From Candidatus Latescibacterota bacterium (GTDB lineage Bacteria; Latescibacterota; UBA2968), in NCBI GenBank assembly GCA_965207885.1, contig OZ242311.1:320001-384000 (forward strand): a DNA stretch of 64,000 nucleotides, given 5' to 3'. The position numbers and the translations under genes are program-made. The notes under the pieces are model-generated. The model did not search any database. It was not told the DNA's origin and was given only the letters and a program-made list of their open reading frames with translations. Shown here in pieces: positions 58,328 through 64,000 of the stretch; positions within the stretch are counted from its first letter, which is position 1; each line of letters starts with the position of its first letter.

Positions 58328-60550
58328 TTATTTCATGTCGAGGAGTTGAACGCTCAGATAAGAGGGTTTTTGAGAGGGTAAGAGGATGGCGCAGATTGTG
58401 TTTTCGCCGGGGATCAGGATATCGAATTCGTCGGGATGGAGCAGGGCGCAGGTTTCCGAGATGGGTGCGGAGTGCTGCCTGACGCGGAGGCTGCGGATGA
58501 GTTGGCCGTTGATGAAGATCTGGCAGTCGGCAGATGAGGTGACGTAGAATAGGGGTTTATCAGGGCGTTGGTTCAGGTCGATGGTGGTGCGAAGATAGAC
58601 GGGGGTTCCTTCTGCTGTGCCATAAGGGCCTTTGCCCGCGTTCCAGGATGAATCGTCGAAGTGGGTTTGACACCAGTCGCCGCCGCAGTTTGGCAGGTTG
58701 GCGCGGGGCGAGGTGTGGATGGCGGGGAGAGGGGATACGTCGCCCGTGCTGTATCGCCATTCGGTGTGGGGACCGATGGTGGTTTCAAATTGCGGGGAAT
58801 CCCAGAGTGTGGCGTGGATTTTTCCGAGTTCGTCGGGGTCGATTTTGGAGATTTTGCGGTCGTAGGTGAGCCAGCCGTTGAGTTCGTGTTCGACGTCGGT
58901 GATCTGGGTATAGACGATGCCGTTGAGGGGGGTGAGGCCGACCATTGCGCGGAGGTTTTCGACCCAGAAGCGATAGTCGTCTTCCATCGCCTGTGGCGTT
59001 GGATATGTGGGGCGGGTGATGTCGTTGATGTGGTCGATGTGTTCGGATGGCTCTTCGTGGTCGTACCAGGTGTGACCCGGGATGCAGAGGTTGAATCCGC
59101 CCGCTTCGCCCAGGAGGACGATGCGGTCATTGGCGCTTTGTTGTTGCGCTGTGGCAGGATAGAAGGTGTAGTCGTGTATATCGCAGATGTCGCCCGTGCC
59201 CATGTCGGCCCAGCCGCTGGCGCTGGTGACGAGGCGAGAGGGGTCGCGTTGTGCGACGCGGTCTGTGAGGCGTTCGGTGTCGTGTTGCCCCCAGCCTTCG
59301 TTGAAGATGATCCACTGGACGACACTGGGATGGTTGTGCAGCCAGTCCATGATGTTGTCAAATTCGGTCTGCCATTGTTGTGCGGCTTCGGGGGTGACGT
59401 TTTGTCCGAATTTGGGCATGCAGACCATGTCTTGCCAGACCAATAGGCCGAGCCGGTCGCAGTGATAGTACCAGCGATCGGGATGGGTTTTGACGTGTAC
59501 GCGCACCATGTTGCAGGCGATTTGTTTGAGGTACTGGAGGTCGAAGAGGATGGCTTCGTCAGATGGCGGGGTGAGGATGCCGTCGGGCCAATAGCCCTGG
59601 TCCAGGGGTCCGAGTTGAAAGATGGGTTTGTCGTTGAGGAGGAAGCGTTTGATGCCGTTTTCGTCTTCGCCGATGGATATTTTTCGCATGCCAAAGTAGC
59701 TGTCGATTGTGTCGATGGTTTCGCCGTTGTGTTGTACTCTGACTTTGAGGTCGTAGAGGAAGGGGTGGTCCGGATGCCAGAGTTTTGCGTTTGGGATGCT
59801 GAGGGAGATGGTGCGGTCGGCCCGTCCGGTTGCTTCGGAGACTTGCTGGTTGCCGTCATAGGCGATTGTTTGAATTTGGGAATTCTCTAACCTTTCGCCT
59901 GAGACAATAATATCTATCTTTTCAGCGTCTATATCGGGTGTGAGACGAAGGGTGCGGATGGATTGCTCTGGTACGGCTTCGAGCCAGACGGTTTGCCAGA
60001 TGCCGCCGGTGGGTTGATACCGAAATCCCTGGCGGTTTTCCGGCATGATTTGTTTGCCAAGGGCTTGGGGCTGTTGCTCGGTGGCGTCCCAGCAGGAGAC
60101 GGTGAGTTCGTTCGCGCCGTCTGTTAAATGGTCGGTGATGTCAAAGGTGAAGGGGTCGTATCCGCCGCGATGTTGACCCGCTTGCTCGCCGTTGATATAG
60201 GCACTGGTTTCCCAGTCAGATGCCTGAAAATGGAGGAGTACGCGTTTGCCCTCCCATGCGTCGGGAACGATAATATTCCGACGATACCAGAGTCGCTGGT
60301 TCGGGCGGAGGATTTCCATGATGCCCGAGAGGGGGGCGTCTATGGCAAAGGGTACGAGGATTTGACCCTGATAGGTATCAGGTGCGCTGGTGTTGCCGAT
60401 GGGTTCGAGAGCGTAGTCCCACAATCCGTTGAGGTTTTGCCAGTGTTGGCGCACCATTTGAGGGCGCGGGTGTTCTGGCAGGGCGTTGTCGGGGGAGACG
60501 TTTTCCGCAAAAGGCGTTGAGATGTGTTTGGTCACGGGGTTCCAGGTCAT
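58328..60550 (-). CDS. Glycoside hydrolase family 2
   Basis: PRPQ..WQNLNGLW, HRGGY, GIWQTVWLE, LDQGYWPDG, NHPS..FNEGWG, GEAGG. Confidence 0.9.
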   Translation of the reverse strand: MTWNPVTKHISTPFAENVSPDNALPEHPRPQMVRQHWQNLNGLWDYALEPIGNTSAPDTYQGQILVPFAIDAPLSGIMEILRPNQRLWYRRNIIVPDAWEGKRVLLHFQASDWETSAYINGEQAGQHRGGYDPFTFDITDHLTDGANELTVSCWDATEQQPQALGKQIMPENRQGFRYQPTGGIWQTVWLEAVPEQSIRTLRLTPDIDAEKIDIIVSGERLENSQIQTIAYDGNQQVSEATGRADRTISLSIPNAKLWHPDHPFLYDLKVRVQHNGETIDTIDSYFGMRKISIGEDENGIKRFLLNDKPIFQLGPLDQGYWPDGILTPPSDEAILFDLQYLKQIACNMVRVHVKTHPDRWYYHCDRLGLLVWQDMVCMPKFGQNVTPEAAQQWQTEFDNIMDWLHNHPSVVQWIIFNEGWGQHDTERLTDRVAQRDPSRLVTSASGWADMGTGDICDIHDYTFYPATAQQQSANDRIVLLGEAGGFNLCIPGHTWYDHEEPSEHIDHINDITRPTYPTPQAMEDDYRFWVENLRAMVGLTPLNGIVYTQITDVEHELNGWLTYDRKISKIDPDELGKIHATLWDSPQFETTIGPHTEWRYSTGDVSPLPAIHTSPRANLPNCGGDWCQTHFDDSSWNAGKGPYGTAEGTPVYLRTTIDLNQRPDKPLFYVTSSADCQIFINGQLIRSLRVRQHSAPISETCALLHPDEFDILIPGENTICAILLPSQKPSYLSVQLLDMK

Positions 60551-60553
60551 CTC

Positions 60554-61963
60554 TCAAGCTACCTTTTTGGGTCTTCTTTGTGTCTGACCTCTGGGTTCGC
60601 TGTCCCAGCGCAGTGCCTGGAGGCGATGCATGGCGGCTCTGAGTGCTTCGGGCGTGCCGATGCGATAGAGGCCGTGTACCGCAAATCCTCGAACGTAGTG
60701 GTTGCCATCGCGCATGGCGTCTGCCAATTCGGGAATGGCTTCTTCGGCATGGATGCCCAATCGCGCGAGGGAGAGGGCGGCGTTGCGTCGCACAAAGTCG
60801 CTTTCATCCGTAGATAGGATGTCGGCGAGCGGGCGCACGGCTTCCGTGCTGTTCTGACTGGTGGTGCCCAGGGATTCCGCGGCGTGTGCGCGTGTGTCTT
60901 CGTCGGTGTCCTGCAACAGGGCGATGAGATCGGGCGTGGCTGAGTTTGCTCGCAAGCCCAGGTCGCCGAGTACATCGACTGCGCGCATGCGGATTTTTGG
61001 GTCCGGATTTTTGGTGAGTTCGATCAGTGCGGGTACGGCGACTTCGCCGACGTTTGTGAATCCGTATCCGGCGTTTCGAGGTGGGGCTTCATCTTCCGTA
61101 TCTTTGAGTGCGTCAATCATGGCGGGAATCGCTTTTTCGCCCTGTAATCCGAGGGTGTAGGACGCATGGAGCGCGGCGGCTTCGCTGGGGTTAGATAGTT
61201 GCTCGCTCAGGGTTTGGATTGATGTCCCATTGCTCGCGTGTTCGGGTGCTTTGCCCAGGTGCCAGTCCCACATGGCCTGCCATATCGGTTCTTGTGGATC
61301 GTCGGATGCGATCCATGTTTCGTCTCTGTGATCCCATGTGGGTTCGGTAGGCTCGGTCATGCGCGTGAATAGGAATTTGACCATGTGGCGCGTGATCTCT
61401 GTGTAGTTGGCTTCTTTTTTGTGGAGGATGTCGTAGTGGATAAGTGCGACGGTTCCAGCCGGTCCGGATGTGAAGAGGTGTTCTCCTTCCTGGTCGCGGG
61501 CGGTGATGTATTGCGATCTGGGGGTTACGCTGGTCGGTCCCATTTCGCGGGGTGTGTCCTGGGGGTAATACATCGCCATCATCCAGCGGCAGTGGTGATG
61601 ACGGCGGTTTTGGTCGGCGCAAAATCGGCTGTTGTGCAAGCTGTCTTTGTGCATGGTGCGCGCATCGCTGCCGGGACGGCTTTCGTGTACGTGGCGGTGC
61701 AGGTGCAGATAATAATCGGGTCCGAGGATGCTGGAAAATGCGCCGTGTACAATGGGGTGATCCCATACGTCTTGCAGTTCTGGTACGGCGGGGAGGAGGT
61801 TGTTGCCGGGATTTCTGCCGCTGTTTTTTTCAAAGGATTCATCGATGCGTTTATAGACTTTTTCGTGGAATCCCTCCGGGAAGTCGGGGTGGAGGATCAA
61901 ATATCCGTCGCGGATGAATTGCTGCATTTGCTCGTCGGTCAATAAGACGGGTTTGTCTGCCAT
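60554..61963 (-). CDS. PhyH-family 2OG-Fe(II) dioxygenase fused to HEAT repeats
   Basis: FIRDGYL, HKD, HYDILH triad; C-terminal PBS/HEAT repeats. Confidence 0.85.
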   Translation of the reverse strand: MADKPVLLTDEQMQQFIRDGYLILHPDFPEGFHEKVYKRIDESFEKNSGRNPGNNLLPAVPELQDVWDHPIVHGAFSSILGPDYYLHLHRHVHESRPGSDARTMHKDSLHNSRFCADQNRRHHHCRWMMAMYYPQDTPREMGPTSVTPRSQYITARDQEGEHLFTSGPAGTVALIHYDILHKKEANYTEITRHMVKFLFTRMTEPTEPTWDHRDETWIASDDPQEPIWQAMWDWHLGKAPEHASNGTSIQTLSEQLSNPSEAAALHASYTLGLQGEKAIPAMIDALKDTEDEAPPRNAGYGFTNVGEVAVPALIELTKNPDPKIRMRAVDVLGDLGLRANSATPDLIALLQDTDEDTRAHAAESLGTTSQNSTEAVRPLADILSTDESDFVRRNAALSLARLGIHAEEAIPELADAMRDGNHYVRGFAVHGLYRIGTPEALRAAMHRLQALRWDSEPRGQTQRRPKKVA

Positions 61964-62056
61964 GACAGTTTCCTTTCTGGTGTTATGGATGGTTGAATAT
62001 ATAAATATTTCATAATACCTCTATTTAATCAAGGACATTTTGTTTCTGAGCACATG

Positions 62057-62839
62057 CTACAATTGTAACGCGATACTGCCCCGATTTTTCTCGTTGAGTC
62101 TGTCCATGTAATCCCTGCGCTCAAAGAACTGGCTGGTGTCGTAGAGAAAGGCGTATTTGCCGTTCCGAGCACAGCCGGTTTCGAGGGCGACGCGGTTGAT
62201 TTCGGCGATGTTGGGATAGGAGGGCCAGAGTATGCCTTCTTCGCAGTAGGAGGTGTCGATGAAGTAGCGTTTGTAAATGCCGCCGCCGGGTTTGGGTCGG
62301 CGGGCGTGTTGCAGGGCGGAGTGGACGATGATGATGGATCCGGGGGCCAAATTGTCGATGGTGCGCGAGCCGGGCAGGTCTTCGAATTGAAATTGGCGAT
62401 AGGCATCGTTGGCCATGACTTTTTTGTGGGTGCCGGGCATGACGAGGAGGTCGCCCACTTCGCCGTTCAGGCCGTCCATGTACATGAATACATGGACCAT
62501 GAGGTGCGAGCGATTGGTCTGCGGGAGTTGTGCATAATCCTGATGCCACGGTGCCCCGCGTTCTCCGGGCAGTTGCCATCGGGCGTGGATGTGGTGATGG
62601 ACAAATTTTTTTCCATTCATCAGATCGGCCACGCGATCGACAACACCGGGTTCAGATGTGAGGAGGCCGAGTTCTGGATACGCCATGAGCATGGGGCGTT
62701 CACCTTTTTCGCGGTCGATCATGAGTTGATCGACATCGGCTTTGATGCGCTCGTTGAGGTCGTGGTCGAAGAGGCCTTCGAATACGAGGTATCCCTCTTC
62801 GTCGAATTGGGCGATGTCATCGGGTGTGAGATGGTTCAT
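62057..62839 (-). CDS. PhyH-family dioxygenase
   Basis: FDEEGYL, WHQD, PGTH, HSALQH. Confidence 0.88.
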   Translation of the reverse strand: MNHLTPDDIAQFDEEGYLVFEGLFDHDLNERIKADVDQLMIDREKGERPMLMAYPELGLLTSEPGVVDRVADLMNGKKFVHHHIHARWQLPGERGAPWHQDYAQLPQTNRSHLMVHVFMYMDGLNGEVGDLLVMPGTHKKVMANDAYRQFQFEDLPGSRTIDNLAPGSIIIVHSALQHARRPKPGGGIYKRYFIDTSYCEEGILWPSYPNIAEINRVALETGCARNGKYAFLYDTSQFFERRDYMDRLNEKNRGSIALQL

Positions 62840-62852
62840 GGGTCCTCCTTAG

Positions 62853-62974
62853 CGAATCAACGAATCAACGAATCAACGAATCAACGAATCGAAGCTCGTA
62901 GTGATTTGGGGTGGTTGGGTGGGATTCGTCTATTCGTCTATTCGCGCTTTTCTCGTCTATTCGTCTATTCGTCT
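62853..62974. repeat. Inverted blocks of octamer tandem repeats
   Basis: (CGAATCAA)4 plus partial at 62853-62890 facing ATTCGTCT units at 62924-62974. Confidence 0.85.
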
Positions 62975-62976
62975 GT

Positions 62977-64000
62977 TCATCGCAGTTGTAAACTACCATT
63001 GTCGTACACGAATGCCAGATGCATATCGGGGTTGCCGTGGGCAAAGTTGCCGTCGCAGGCTCTGAGGAGTTGGCGTGCGAGTTGATCGACTTTGTCGGGA
63101 TATTCGACGGCGAGGTCGTTTTCTTCCCGGTAGTCGTCCAGGATGTTGTAGAGTTGAAAGCCGTTGGTTTTGTTGATGTGGCGCAATTTCCAGCCATCGG
63201 CTGTGGTGAGGGCGGGACCCAGGCGCGATGAAAAGACGACGGGTGCATGGGGGCGTTGCTCTTTGCCCAAAAGGGTGGGTAAGAAGGATTCGCCGTCTTT
63301 TCCGCCGGGTGTTTCCTGCCCTATGAGATCGGATAGCGTGGGCATAAAATCGTAATTGGCGATCATGTGATCGGTTGTGCCGGGGGAGATGTGACCGGGC
63401 CAGCGCGCGATGTAGGGCAGGCGAGTGCCGCCTTCCCAACTCGTCCATTTGAGACCGGCCATGCCGTCGTTGCCGTTGAAGATGTCGCCGCTTTGTTCGG
63501 TTGTGTGCCGGGTGGTGATGTCGTCATAGCGGATGCCGTCGAGGTTTTGCCTCTTGACAGTACGGCCTTGTTGTGCGGCGTAGATTTCGTGGCCGTTGTC
63601 AGAGCTGAAGAAGACGATGGTGTTGTCGGCAATGCCGAGTGCGTCGAGTTCCTCGAGGATGATGCCAACGGTGTCGTCGAGGCGAAGAATCATGGATGCG
63701 TATTCTTTTTCAAAGCCGGTGAGTTCTGGCGCGTCTTTTACGCCCGGGTGAATTTCGGGAACGGAGATGGGTCCGTGGGGCAGTTGTGAGGGGTGGAAGA
63801 GGAAGAAGGGGTGGTGGCGATGTTTGCGGAGGAAATCGACGATTTTGTCGTTGAAGAGGTCCTGGGAGTAGGTGACTTTCCCGGTCATGTCGTGGCGGAT
63901 GGCTGCGTTTTCCGGAGATTCTGAACCGGGGTGGTTGCCACAGTCGGGATGGGTGTTGCCGGGTATTTCGACTATGTCGCCATTTTCAAAGAGGAATGGC
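62977..64000 (-). CDS. Sulfatase, 5' part outside window
   Basis: PFFLF, PHGP, SSDNG, WEGGTRLP, FQLYNI; frame open toward window end. Confidence 0.85.
   Translation of the reverse strand, partial: PFLFENGDIVEIPGNTHPDCGNHPGSESPENAAIRHDMTGKVTYSQDLFNDKIVDFLRKHRHHPFFLFHPSQLPHGPISVPEIHPGVKDAPELTGFEKEYASMILRLDDTVGIILEELDALGIADNTIVFFSSDNGHEIYAAQQGRTVKRQNLDGIRYDDITTRHTTEQSGDIFNGNDGMAGLKWTSWEGGTRLPYIARWPGHISPGTTDHMIANYDFMPTLSDLIGQETPGGKDGESFLPTLLGKEQRPHAPVVFSSRLGPALTTADGWKLRHINKTNGFQLYNILDDYREENDLAVEYPDKVDQLARQLLRACDGNFAHGNPDMHLAFVYDNGSLQLR

Noticed and set aside
58573-59859. 428-aa Thr/Ser/Pro-rich ORF and similar long alternative-frame or antisense ORFs (e.g. 24090-24959, 57047-57718)
   Set aside because: Shadows of real genes produced by codon bias and skew
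62853-62974. Repeats as a CRISPR array
   Set aside because: Units are 8 bp and contiguous, with no spacers or cas genes

Overview
Replication-origin region of a bacterium rich in sulfatases and PhyH-family dioxygenases; the gene content is reminiscent of marine or sponge-associated Latescibacterota/Poribacteria-type genomes (lineage is inference only). Left part: ctpA (partial), tmk, pgsA-like, cyclophilin, FAH-family protein, XRE regulator, then rsmG-mnmE-yidC-rnpA-rpmH (minus) and dnaA (plus), followed by oriC (about 13.0-13.5 kb) with DnaA boxes and DnaA-trios. Two parS sites flank rsmG and a second DnaA-box cluster lies at about 3.2 kb. dnaN-recF-dciA-gyrB-gyrA is not next to dnaA but about 19 kb away and inverted. 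Between dnaN and addAB is an AT-richer accessory island: BrnTA, a NucS/Mrr-like nuclease, an Abi-like membrane protein and a complete 2339-bp IS1595-family element (TIRs plus 8-bp target duplication). That element carries passenger genes, including a superinfection-immunity-like membrane protein behind a highly structured, two-state RNA leader; this is the most novel-looking system here. The right half holds addAB, an ABC permease, a TA patch, acetolactate synthase, a hydrolase/SAM-HAT fusion and a sulfatase/GH117/GH2/PhyH cluster. No rRNA, tRNA or CRISPR array was recognised. All calls come from reading motifs by eye; no searches were run.
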